Positions 14,942-26,024 of a stretch of 61,639 nt of DNA are shown piece after piece (within the stretch, counting starts at the first letter, position 1; each line of letters opens with the position of its first letter). The notes below the pieces were generated by a model that worked only from the letters and a program-made list of their open reading frames with translations, was not told where the DNA came from and searched no databases. Origin of the DNA: Macrostomum lignano. Taxonomy: Eukaryota. The DNA lies in assembly GCA_002269645.1 (NCBI GenBank), contig NIVC01004077.1:1-61639 (forward strand), given 5' to 3'. A program made the position numbers and the translations under genes.

Positions 14942-15206
14942 TTTTTTATCCCAAAATCTTATTCCAGCCCAACCATGCTAGCTCCAATTAAATGAATTAA
15001 GAAAAAGCTACCTATCCTATTATCAATCTAGTCATCACTTTTGCTACTATTAGATCTAGGAATAGTGCAAAGCTTACAAGGATATACAAGTCTTTTAAAT
15101 TAGGAAAAGCTATAAATACCAATATTGATATGGTATAAGCATGTATTCAAAGTTCAAGAACCAATAAAAGTGATTTTAAATGACATATTTTAGTAGATCT
15201 AAGATC

Positions 15207-15811
15207 GGCATAGTTTTAGTTTACTTCGCAATATTATTTCATAGTTCTATTTTACTTTGCGAAAATATTTTTGTGTTTTTTTGCATTTACATAGCACATT
15301 CTGCATCTGTACCCGAACCACAACCCTTTCAGCTTAATCTGCACAATGGCCATGCAGCTGAGACTCTGGTGCCATTGATCCAGCACCATGTGCTGCCAGG
15401 TACACGCATCGTCACCGACAGCTGGTTGGCCTATGCCAGTCTGTAGAACCACGCCGTAGTGAACCACCAGCTGCATTTCGTTGACCCGAACAATCAGACG
15501 GTGTACACAAACTGCATCAAGGGCACCTGGGCCCTTGCCAAGAGGCGCCTGCGCGCAATGCATAGTACACGCAATGCACTCTTCGAGAGTCATCTCAAAG
15601 AATATATCTGGCACCACCTGTACTTGAACAATACATTCGGCGCCATGCTTTACTGGGCTTCCGTGTATTACCCTGTTAAGTGACTTGGCAACTTCAACTG
15701 ACTGTTTTTCTGACTTGTGACACTTAAGCCGAACCTGGAGAGTGACAAAAACAGGGGAAAATAATTTAGTGAAAGGCAAAATAATATTGCGAAGTAAACT
15801 AGAACTATGCC
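15207..15811 (+). mobile_element. Internally deleted Merlin (IS1595/IS1016-like) DNA transposon, 605 bp
   Basis: 33-bp TIRs GGCATAGTT(T/C)TAGTTTACTTCGCAATATTATTT with 1 mismatch, and a perfect 8-bp TSD CTAAGATC (15199-15206, 15812-15819). Internal C-terminal transposase fragment AETLVPLIQHHVLPGTRIVTDSWLAY..VNHQLHFVDP..TNCIKGTW. Confidence 0.92.
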
Positions 15812-17401
15812 CTAAGATCATTCTATATTTTATGACTATATTGAAAGGATATAGAATTTAATTGAATTAAATTGAATTGAATTTAACTATTTTACTATAT
15901 CAACTTATCAAGCACTAGGTCTAGATACTACTTAAAATATAAATATAGAGCCATTAAAAGTCCATCATGACCTTGGCTTTATCGATATAATAGAGCTCCA
16001 CATAGCTAGGCCTAAGACTAAGCCATACTACTCAGTCCTCCACCTTCGTTTAGTTTTAGTCCTACAGACACTGAAGCAACTTATCAAATATTTATTAGGC
16101 AACTTAAATTTTTAGGCGGTTGCATTGCATCCTGCATTTCATGCATGCGCATTGCCCTAGGTCTATAAAAAATCAAAAGCATCTTTCTAAAATAATAATG
16201 TGGCGCAACACTTGCTGCATAATATATCTTTGTAGCGTACCGTGCCAATAAGTTAAAACTTTAAAAGTTATTCTCACGGTACCGAGTGGATAATTTGCCC
16301 ATGCGCATGCGGCCGTTCAATTCTTATGGTATCGTGTACTTTTTAAATGTGTACATCGATCGTTCCACAAGCCTTAACAAACAAAACAAAAATATACACT
16401 TCCCATGAACAATAAAAAACTTACCATGAAAAAGTATATTTCGGCAAAAAGTTACACACAAAAATCAATGTTTTTTAAAAAAAAGCGACTACTATTTTAG
16501 GCGAAGATGTTTCCGTTTATTTTGAAATTACTGGATTCTAAGACATAAATATCATATCTCATCATTATCAATAATATCAGTGGTAAAGTCCTGGGAGTCA
16601 AAAAGTCTATAACGAATTTGGACATATAGTCTAAGCCTTTCTGGGCATACAGCCCATACGTCATTGGCTCACTGAAGCAATCAAAGCTAATGGTATTGGA
16701 TTAATTCCTGCATTTGATAAATAAATGCAGGAAATAAGTAGATTCTGTCATTCTGATCTATTCATAAATTTAATGGATTGACACTTTCATCAATTTGAAT
16801 TTAAATTTTCTAAATTATAAGTAATTACATTCTTTCATATTCTGAAAGTCTAGATAAACAAGGTGTCTTATACAAGAAATAATCTTTAAAAACTTAAGAA
16901 AGATTGGGTCTATATATTATCAATATAATAAGTAAAGTATGTGCACTAAAAGGAAATACTAAAAACGTCATGATTTAGTTTAGGGGTCTATATTAATATA
17001 GCATACAATAGCATTATATCATTGAATAGTACATATATGCATAAAAGAAGCAAAGCTTTAAAAGTATTTATAATTTTTGTTGCAAATTGGATTTGAGATT
17101 TCCATGCATTCTAATCATATTTTCGATATTATTCCTAGAAGAATATGCATAGTATATCTAAAAAGCATTTGCAACATAATAGTGTTGGAGACTTATAGTA
17201 TGGTTAGCTCTGTCTATTGTAAAGGGATTTATATGAAGTAATTATTATTATAGCCCTTGTATCCCATAATAAGTATATGCTAAAAACAAAGTTTTGTTGT
17301 TTTTGGCTCGGGCTTAAACCTAATTGCCATTTTTGTATATGCTGATTGATTTTCTATGTACCTTATATATGTAAATGCTACAATCAGCAGTATTTCAGCA
17401 A

Positions 17402-20203
17402 ATGGCCAGCGCTGCTACCGCAAATTCGCCGCCTCCAACAGCCGAGGATGACGAGAGGCCGCCAGCACCGCCGCTACGGATGGCCAGCTTTGGCGGCGAC
17501 GTGGCCCGCGCGCAGCCGCCGCTCCGGCCGCCTGACAAGCCGCTGCCGAATCCGCCCGCACCAACTGGCCGCCGGCGACAGAAGAAAAAGTCGCCAAAGT
17601 CGCCGCCGCCTCAGCCGCCGCCGGCCGCAGCAGATTCGGGCCTGTCGCCGACAGACAAGCCAAGCATCTCCAGCCCGAGGAACTTCAAGCACACGATGCA
17701 CGTGACCTTCGACCAGGACAGGCGCGAGTTCCGCGGCATGCCGGAGCAGTGGGCCCGCCTGCTCAGTGCCGCCAACATCACCCGCCAGGAGCAGCAGCAA
17801 AACCCGCAGGCCCTCATCGAGGCGCTGCGCTTCCTTGACGCCAAGCCGGCCGCCGGCTGCTCGGACAAGTTTCTCCGGCCTCGGCCGCCTCCGCCCGCGC
17901 CGCCGCCGCCGCCACCGCCACAGCCGGCGCCTCTGCTGCCTCGGCCGCAGTCGCCCGGCGGCGTTGCCAAGGGCGACCGAGTGGCGCCGGCGCCGGAAGC
18001 CCCGCCGGCAATTCGGCAGCAGCAGCGCAGGCGGAAGGCGGCCACGGATGCCGAGGTGCTGGAGAGGCTGCGCTCGGTGGTGTCCGGTGGCCAGCCGGCC
18101 GGCCGATTTGAGCGGCTCGAACAGATCGGCCACGGCGCCTCAGGCGTGGTGCACGCGGGCCTCGACCTGCGCACCGGCAGTCAGGTAGCCATCAAGCAGA
18201 TGCTGATCGCCAAGCAGCCCAAGAAGGAGCTCATCGTCAACGAGATAGTCGTGATGAAGGAGACCCGGCACGCCAACATCGTCAACTTCTTGGACAGCTT
18301 CCTGGTTGGCGACGAGCTCTGGGTGGTGATGGAGTACCTGGGCGGCGGCTCCCTCACGGACGTGGTGACGGAGACCTGCATGGACGAGGACCAGATTGGC
18401 GCCGTCTGCCGGGAGGTGCTCGGCGCGCTGCACTTCCTGCACGAGAATCGGGTCATTCACCGCGACATCAAGAGCGACAACGTGCTGCTGGGTGGGTGGC
18501 CAGCGCGTCTGCCCGGGGGGCGTCTCGTTAAGATCGAAATTTCATAAACTTTAGATTTTAGGCTTCTAATTCATAACTTTTTATTTTAAACTTTGTGACT
18601 CGCTTTCACAAGCTCGGCGTAGCTTGCCGAGGCTTAATTGGAATCTCGGCTTGGCTCTGCTCGTGCAATTAATGTTCTTGAGGGCCAACTTCTTAAGTGT
18701 GCCTGTGCTCAAGCGTGAGTATACGCCTGTGCGCGTGCTTGTGAACTCGACAGCTGTTTGTCTTGTGCATTCGCGCTCACATAAGTACAGGAAGCGAACC
18801 CAGGCTAGCATCATACCCTGGTATTCGTAAACCGCGAAGTTGATTAGGAGGAGTCAAACCCGGGACCTTTAAAAGAACTGCAACTTCGCTTCGCTTTGAG
18901 CCCAACTGATTTGCGAACAAGTTTTGCTCTTTGTGTTCAAGGGGATAAATTTCCCTCTAGCCTTTACTCGCCTCCCCTCGACCCTCGATTCCATTTCCCA
19001 TCCTCGTCAGCCGGCAGATCAGTCTGAATTCCCAGCCCGAAGGCGTGCGAACCCCGGCCGCCATTCCCGGCACAGAGAGTCTCCGCTTTCTGCTCCCCTG
19101 CGTCCTTTGCCTCGGGGCTCATCAGCCTCCCGAATGCCCGCCTCAATTACTGTGGAGGTCGGCCTCTCGGTGCTGAACGAATTCCAGCTGATCCGGGTGT
19201 CATTTTCTGCTTTGCTTCAGTGAACAAGGCTTCTCAGTAGGAGTGCCTATCTCCCCTTGAGTGGGGTTGCCTATCTCCCCTTCAGTGGGGTTGCCTATCT
19301 CCCCTTCAGTGGGGTTGCCTATCTCTCCTTCAGTGGGGTTGCCTATCTTCCCTTCAGTGGGGTTGCCTATCTCCCCTTCGGTGGGGTTGCCTATCTCCCC
19401 TTCAGTGGGGTTGCCTATCTCCCCTTCAGTGGGGTTGCCTATCTCCCCTTCAGTGGGGTTGCCTATCTCCCCTTCAGTGGGGTTGCCTATCTTCCCTTCA
19501 GTGGGGTTGCCTATCTCCCCTTCAGTGGGGTTGCCTATCTCCCCTTCAGTGGGGTTGCCTATCTTCCCTTCAGTGGGGTTGCCTATCTCCCCTTCAGTGA
19601 GGTTGCCTATCTCCCCTTCAGTGAGGTTGCCTATCTCCCCTTCAGTGGGGTTGCCTATCTCCTCTTCAGTGTGGTTGCCTATCTACCCTTCGGTAGGGTT
19701 GCCTATCTCTCCTCAGTCTCAGTGTGGACTCTCAACGAATCTCCCCCTCTCCCCTCCCCTCCACAGGCGTGGACGGCTCCGTGAAGCTGACGGACTTCGG
19801 TTTCTGCGCCCAGCTGGAAAGCGGCGGCAGCGGGCAGCGGCACACGATGGTCGGCACGCCCTACTGGATGGCGCCGGAGCTGGTCACCCGCAAGTCCTAC
19901 GGGCCCAAGGTGGACGTCTGGGCGCTCGGCATCATGGCCATCGAGATGGTGGACGGCGAGCCGCCCTACCTCAATGAGAACCCTCTGCGGGCCCTCTACC
20001 TCATTGCGGCCAATGGCCGGCCTCTGGCCCGCGATCGCCACCGAGTGTCCGGCCGGCTGTCCGAGTTCACCGACTCCTGTCTGGAGGTGGACGCTGAGTT
20101 GAGGCCCAGCGCCGGGGACCTCCTTCGCCACCCGCTGGTTGCTGAGGCGCCGCCCGTGGCCTGCCTGGTGCCGCTCATAGTGGCTGCCAAGGGGCGGTCG
20201 TGA
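17402..20203 (+). CDS. PAK: Group I p21-activated kinase (PAK1/2/3-like), 508 aa; exons 17402-18491 and 19767-20203
   Basis: N-terminal [34 protein letters not shown] and autoinhibitory NPQALIEAL. Kinase motifs [58 protein letters not shown]. Phase-1 GT-AG intron. Confidence 0.95.
19244..19710. repeat. 24-bp intronic minisatellite GTGGGGTTGCCTATCTCCCCTTCA, ~19 copies
   Basis: Directly visible tandem array inside the PAK intron. Confidence 0.97.
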
Positions 20204-20204
20204 C

Positions 20205-20735
20205 AGTCATAGACTCTACGAATAGGTCATAGACTCTATGAATAGGTCATAGACTCGACGAATAGGTCATAGACTCTACGAATAGGTCATAGACTCTACG
20301 AATAGGTCATAGACTCTACAAATAGGTCACAGACTCTAAGAATAGGTCATAGACTCTACGAATAGGTCATACACTCTAAAAGTTGGTCATAGACTCTAAA
20401 ACTTGTTCATATACTCGAAAAATTGGTCATAGAATCGAAAGTTGGTTCTAGGCTCGATAAATTGGTCATAGACTCTACAGATTAGTCATAGACTCTACAA
20501 ATTGGTCATAGACTCAATAAATTGGTTATAGGCTCTACAAATAGGTCATAAACTCAACAAATTGGTCATAGACTCTTCAAATTGGTCATAGACTCTTCAA
20601 ATTGGTCATAGACTCTTCAAATTGGTCATAGACTCTTCAAATTGGTCATAGACTCTTCAAATTGGTCATAGACTCTTCAAGTTGATCATAGACTCTTCAA
20701 ATTGGTCATAGACTCTACAGATTGGTCATATGCTC
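20205..20735. repeat. 20-bp tandem array (TCATAGACTCTACGAATAGG drifting to TCATAGACTCTTCAAATTGG), starting immediately after the PAK stop
   Basis: Directly visible, with a sequence gradient along the array. Confidence 0.95.
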
Positions 20736-21379
20736 GACAGATTCATTATCAATCAATTGATAAAGACTATAAAATTCATTCTGGAAGTGTTTGGCATCAC
20801 GGTTCAGCTTCCCTCATACAAATCTACCTGCTTGCACGCATTATTTAAACGGACTCAGCTCTGTTCCATCTCATACATTTCTATTTTTTTATTCGAATTT
20901 TAGCACTTAATTTTTATTGTTGCTTATAAGAAAGCAAATTTACCTACTCACAGTAGGGCGATTAGAGCGACGCACCCATATTTTATGCACCAGCGCCTGA
21001 ATCACCTCGATAGTATTGATTTTGTGATCCGGTTTGCGTCTGGTTTCATTTTTTATCTGCATATTTTTTTACCTTCATCATTGATGCTTGTCTTCTATCG
21101 TTGAGCCGTTGGGAACTCTGCCCAATGCCTCCGGTTCAGTCTACGCTTTACAGTGCTTTTTTCGGCGGGAAATTCCGTGCGGCGGCCCCGGCCCAGTCAG
21201 CTGCTGCTTTTATTCTAAATCAGCAAATCTTTATTATTAATGCTTTTTTCCTCATGATGCTACTGATCACTCTGTTAATTGTCAGTAGTAAGTATCAAAA
21301 ACATGAGCTATATCGAATTTATTGACATACTTTTATGCATTGCCAACAGTGCTCTGCTGGCAAAAATATACATACTGTA

Positions 21380-21468
<89 letters not shown>

Positions 21469-21481
21469 ATGTCTGTCTGTA

Positions 21482-21561
<80 letters not shown>
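21380..21561. repeat. (TCTG)n microsatellite
   Basis: Directly visible. Confidence 0.98.
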
Positions 21562-21753
21562 CAACTTTGGATTTCTTCCCTATATAATAAAGAGTAATTT
21601 TTTATTTGGGCTTTCGAGCTCCTCAGCCTGCCAGAGGCCACTTTACGCTCTGGTGAAGCTACCACCGAAGATATTGGATGAGATGAACTCTGCTTTTTCT
21701 GCTGCCTTTTTATTTATTGTCAACGTCAAGTGCTGTGATTTTGCAATTGCAAT

Positions 21754-22131
21754 TACAGATTGTGTTTACAGTACAGATTGTATTTACAGTTACAGATTGT
21801 ATTTACAGTTACAGATTGTGTTTACAGTTACAGATTGTGTTTACAGTTACGGATTGTGTTTACAGTTACAGATTGTGTTTACAGTTACAGATTGTGTTTA
21901 CAGTTACAGATTGTGTTTACAGTTACAGATTGTGTTTACAGTTACGGATTGTGTTTACAGTTACAGATTGTGTTTACAGTTACAGATTGTGTTTACAGTT
22001 ACAGATTGTGTTTACAGTTACAGATTGTGTTTACAGTTACAGATTGTGTTTACAGTTACAGATTGTGTTTACAGTTACAGATTGTGTTTACAGTTACAGA
22101 TTGTGTTTACAGTTACAGATTGTGGTTACAG
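21754..22131. repeat. 19-bp minisatellite TACAGTTACAGATTGTGTT, ~20 copies
   Basis: Directly visible; it produces the 19-aa periodic ORFs. Confidence 0.97.
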
Positions 22132-22512
22132 GTATGTCATTATATGAGGGTCTATAGCTGCATATTTAAGCTCTTCAAGCTTTCAGTCTTAAGATGTACA
22201 GCATGCTGGCTGCCAGGGTGTCGGCCCCGAGCAGTCCACATGCGCAAGTGCACTGGGATCTGGGAGAGGGGGGGGGGGTGGACGGGATTCGGAGTACAGC
22301 GGCAGCCGTGCACTGCAGGGCGTGGGCTCGCTGTTGTACAGTGCTGCAGGGCTGGGCGGACAGGCCTGTCTGTTGGGATTTCTTTCCCCTCTCTCCTAGA
22401 AAGGATTTTTCTCTTATTCCTCACTTTCGTCTCTCCCGTTGCAATCCGCGGAGCTGTCACGGAGCCTTGGTTCTCCCCTCCTGCGCTACCGCAATCCCAA
22501 ATCCCCCTGCCC

Positions 22513-23247
22513 ATGTCTGCGAGCTGCCGCTGCCCGCTGCTCACCGCGGCGGGCCTCCTGCTGGCAGCGGCAGCCGCGGTCGCCATGGTGCCCCGGATGC
22601 GGCCTGTCGGGGAGGACTACACTTGCAGCTGGCGGCTCATGGCCTGCGCCACCGTCAACGGCAGCTGCCGGGTCTCCGACGCCCGATTCTGCACCTGCTG
22701 CCTGTGGAAGGCCATCAGCCAGGCCACCCGCCACCCCGCGGGCTCGGGCGGCCCCTGCCCGGAGCCCTGCACCGAGGCTGCCGTCTACGGCCGGTGGTGC
22801 CCCTGGTCCGACTGGAGCGCCTGCGGCATCCGCATCGCGGAGACGCGCCGTCGGCGCAGCTGCGGCTGTCCGGCGCCGTTCCTCCGGCCAGACGAGCTAG
22901 ACGAGGAGCGGGCGGGCTGCCCGGAGAGCGGCGCGGAGGAGGTGGCCGCCTGCTCGAGGGTCTTCAACGCCGAGACAGGCCGCATGCTGGCGGTGTTCCT
23001 CGGCGGCACCTGCCTGGCAGCTGGCCCCATCGCCGCCTTCCTCTGCTACATCCGGCACCGGCAACGGCGTGAAGGTGCCGGCCTTCGCGAAGTTGCAGCG
23101 GAGCCGCTGCACCCGCAGGCGCCGCCTACGCAGCAGCCGCTGAAGCCGGCAGTTGCAGAGCCGGCGCCGCGAGTTCGGTTCGAGCAGTACGACCGCAGCC
23201 CCCTGCACTCCGGCAGCGCTGACGGCCTGGATGATGCCCGGGCCTGA
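22513..23247 (+). CDS. Intronless 244-aa type I membrane protein: signal peptide, Cys-rich segment, one thrombospondin type 1 repeat, TM helix, cytoplasmic tail
   Basis: Signal LLTAAGLLLAAAAAVA; TSP1 WCPWSDWSAC..TRRRRSCGCPAP..GC....EEVAAC; TM LAVFLGGTCLAAGPIAAFLCYI followed by RHRQRR; GC-rich codon usage. Confidence 0.8.
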   Translation: MSASCRCPLLTAAGLLLAAAAAVAMVPRMRPVGEDYTCSWRLMACATVNGSCRVSDARFCTCCLWKAISQATRHPAGSGGPCPEPCTEAAVYGRWCPWSDWSACGIRIAETRRRRSCGCPAPFLRPDELDEERAGCPESGAEEVAACSRVFNAETGRMLAVFLGGTCLAAGPIAAFLCYIRHRQRREGAGLREVAAEPLHPQAPPTQQPLKPAVAEPAPRVRFEQYDRSPLHSGSADGLDDARA

Positions 23248-23255
23248 TAGAACTG

Positions 23256-23447
23256 CATAGCAACCGGTTGCTTCCTTGGATACGGTAGACCCCGGCAGTT
23301 GTAGTCACATAGCAACCGTTTGTTTCCTTGGATACGGGAGACCTCGGCAGTTGTAGTCACATAGCAACCGTTTGTTTCCTTGGATACGGGAGACCTCGGC
23401 AGCTGTAGTCACATAGCAACCGTTTGTTTCCTTGGATACGGGAGACC
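23256..23447. repeat. 52-bp tandem repeat (~3.7 copies) containing RFX X-box-like motifs
   Basis: Unit GTAGTCACATAGCAACCGTTTGTTTCCTTGGATACGGGAGACCTCGGCAG(T/C)T; GTAGTCAC recurs at 23301, 23353 and 23405. Confidence 0.9.
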
Positions 23448-24108
23448 AGCCTATTTAATTAGGCTAGCACAGTGCCGATAGAAGTATCACTATTAAATTT
23501 AACGTGTCCTGCAATGTAAATTTTACGTAAGGTATTTAATCTTCTGCATTATACGTTTAGTACTCAATTATGCTTGTTGTTATTCCGTAAATATCAGAAA
23601 AAGCATTGCACCTTGATCCACTACCCCGGCTCAGTATTCTGATCAGTTTATGATCTTCTGTCTGAAAATGAATTGGCCATGCGCAGCAACTTCGACTGTA
23701 AATCAACTTTTCCGCCGAAATATACTGCGGTGGTCAGGGCCGTTTACGGGGCATCTGAAAACAATACTGTAGACTCGTGAAGTGCTCAGAGAATTTGGAA
23801 ACATTTGCTATTTTTTTTGCTTGCAAATCGCTTTATTTGAACGCTACCGTATCGAGGGTTTTATGACATCTGTGAGCAATTGTGACATTACCTAAGGAAG
23901 TGGCCCATCGTAGTCATTTTTATTCATCCATGATCGTTGTGCTCTCACTCCAGATGCTATTTTTAGAACTCCAGCTTCACCGCAGCATGTGCCATAGACA
24001 TGGAATGAGCATCTGCAGACCAGATGCAGTGGCACCCGCTCAGAGCTGCCGTCCCCCTGCCAGGTGACTTTTTGACCTCCCCGACGCCAGTTTAGAACCC
24101 GAGCGGCC

Positions 24109-24831
24109 ATGCCGGTTTTCTCAAAGAGCTTCCGATGCACCCGCGGCAGCGGCGGCGGCGGCGGCAGCAGCGGCGGTGGTGGCGGCGGCTGCGACCGGCG
24201 ACGGCCCATTGCCTGCCAACGCGGCTCCGAGGACGACGAGGACGACACGACTGACGCCGCGGACAGCCTGGCCAACAGCTCAGCCGCCAGCTTCCCGACC
24301 AGCCGGCACAACGCCGAGTTCGAAGCGCGCCAGTCCGGCCGCGCCGTCCCCGAGGCCGACGCCGACAATGCGGGCGACTTCCGCTTCCTCCTGACCATCG
24401 CCGACCGGCAGGCCCCACCGGCGCCGCAGGACGTCGAGACCGTCACGCCGCTGACTTCGCCGACTGCGGACGTCTCGGCGGCAGCGCTGGAGTTTGAGCA
24501 CGCCGATCCGGAGACCGAGCCGCCGTCGGTGTCCGCGCCCACAGCGCCGAGGAAGAAGCGGGCAGCTGCCAAGAGCTCCTGCGGCAAGGCCACCTCCGAG
24601 GAGGAGGAGCCGTCCACTGAGGACGAGGCGCCGCCGTCGCCGGAGCCCGCGGTCGAGGTGGCGCCACCCCCGCCGCCGCCGCCGGAGGTTGAGCCGGCGC
24701 AGTTGCTTAGCGCCGAGCCGCAGGAGGAGTTCCTGGTGCTGCTGACGGGGCTGCTGGCGCACCGGCCACCGCCCGGCGATGACTTCCGGTTCCTCCTGAC
24801 TGTGCACCAGGCCGAGGTCGCCACCCGCTAG
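24109..24831 (+). CDS. Orphan 240-aa acidic, Pro-rich, probably disordered protein with three [DEG][DE]FxxLL motifs
   Basis: GC-rich ATG-started ORF with gene-like codon usage, bounded by AT-rich DNA and preceded by an acceptor-like CCCCGACGCCAG. No domain recognised. Confidence 0.65.
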   Translation: MPVFSKSFRCTRGSGGGGGSSGGGGGGCDRRRPIACQRGSEDDEDDTTDAADSLANSSAASFPTSRHNAEFEARQSGRAVPEADADNAGDFRFLLTIADRQAPPAPQDVETVTPLTSPTADVSAAALEFEHADPETEPPSVSAPTAPRKKRAAAKSSCGKATSEEEEPSTEDEAPPSPEPAVEVAPPPPPPPEVEPAQLLSAEPQEEFLVLLTGLLAHRPPPGDDFRFLLTVHQAEVATR

Positions 24832-25039
24832 AGACTTGGACTGTTTTTTAGCCGTGGAGCTGATCGAGTTTCTCTTTAATCGTTTTTTGGCTAAGCCTGT
24901 ACCTGCAGTTTTGCTAAGCTTCGCAATCCGACCGGTCTGCGCTCGGGCCTCAATCAATATTTGCTTTCTTTTTCAGCCTCGCAGGCGTTTTGCTTTTTTG
25001 GATCAGATTTTGGGCGAAGTGATACAAATTATACGGTTT

Positions 25040-25408
25040 AATTTGCAGCGCCTACTGACCAGCAGTAGTATTGGTGTTTTACTATACATTTGCAGTGTGC
25101 CTACTGACCAGCAGTAGTATTGGTGTTTTACTATACATTTGCAGTGTGCCTACTGACCAGCAGTAGTATTGGTGTTTTACTATACATTTGCAGTGTGCCT
25201 ACTGACCAGCAGTAGTATTGGTGTTTTACTATGCATTTGCAGTGTGCCTACTGACCAGCAGTAGTATTGGTGTTTTACTATACATTTGCAGTGTGCCTAC
25301 TGACCAGCAGTAGTATTGGTGTTTTACTATACATTTGCAGTGCGCCTACTGACCAGCAGTAGTATTGGTGTTTTATTATACATTTGCAGTGTGCCTACTG
25401 ACCAGCAG
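25040..25408. repeat. 49-bp minisatellite CCTACTGACCAGCAGTAGTATTGGTGTTTTACTATACATTTGCAGTGTG, ~7.5 copies
   Basis: Units start at 25051, 25100, 25149 and so on. Confidence 0.97.
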
Positions 25409-26024
25409 ATTCTGCTTCTCCCATCTCCCTCCCCACCCACCTGTGGTCGCCGCGCTGTCTCGGCGCGCCCTGTGTGGCTCAGCAAAATTCTCAAAAAAGA
25501 CAAAATTTAAGAAACCCAGTCAAACCCCCCCCTCACCCGAATTGCTTTTTGTTTTTCAAACAAGCACGCGGGCTCTTCTCTGTCTTTCTAAAAACTTCTC
25601 TCGTCTTTTATGGCATGGTATTTTCCATTCAAATTGTGGCCAGGTGCAGCAGAGCTGTTGCAACTTCATACCACTGTGGTCTGCCTTGCAGTCGCCGGCC
25701 CCATCTCACTCACTCACTGCTCACTCACTGAGTTTGCTCTCTCTCGGCCAAGTGGCAACTCGGCAGCGACTCCTGTTTGCTCAGACACGCAGAGACCTGT
25801 GCTGCTGGCGATTGTCCAAACTGCCGAGCTTCACTCTTGCAATTTGCAACTCCCATTGTGCCGCTCGCTCAGTCAGGGGGGGGGGTCAGTCTCTGCCCAC
25901 GCCCCGCCTTGAGGCTCCAATTCTCTCTCTATAATTCCACGTTTCCAGTCTCTCAAAGCTGCGTTGCTCTTCGCCTTTTTGCAAGACCTCAGCAAGACCA
26001 GCTCGCCCCCCCTGACTCTCAGCC

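Noticed and set aside
23892-24957. 310-aa and 225-aa minus-strand ORFs
   Set aside because: Antisense shadows of the GC-rich plus-strand ORF 24109-24831. The same applies to the shadow ORFs over PAK, TSP1 and the RhoGEF exons.
23256-25408. 52-bp and 49-bp repeats as CRISPR-like arrays
   Set aside because: Units are contiguous with no unique spacers, no cas genes are present, and the context is eukaryotic.
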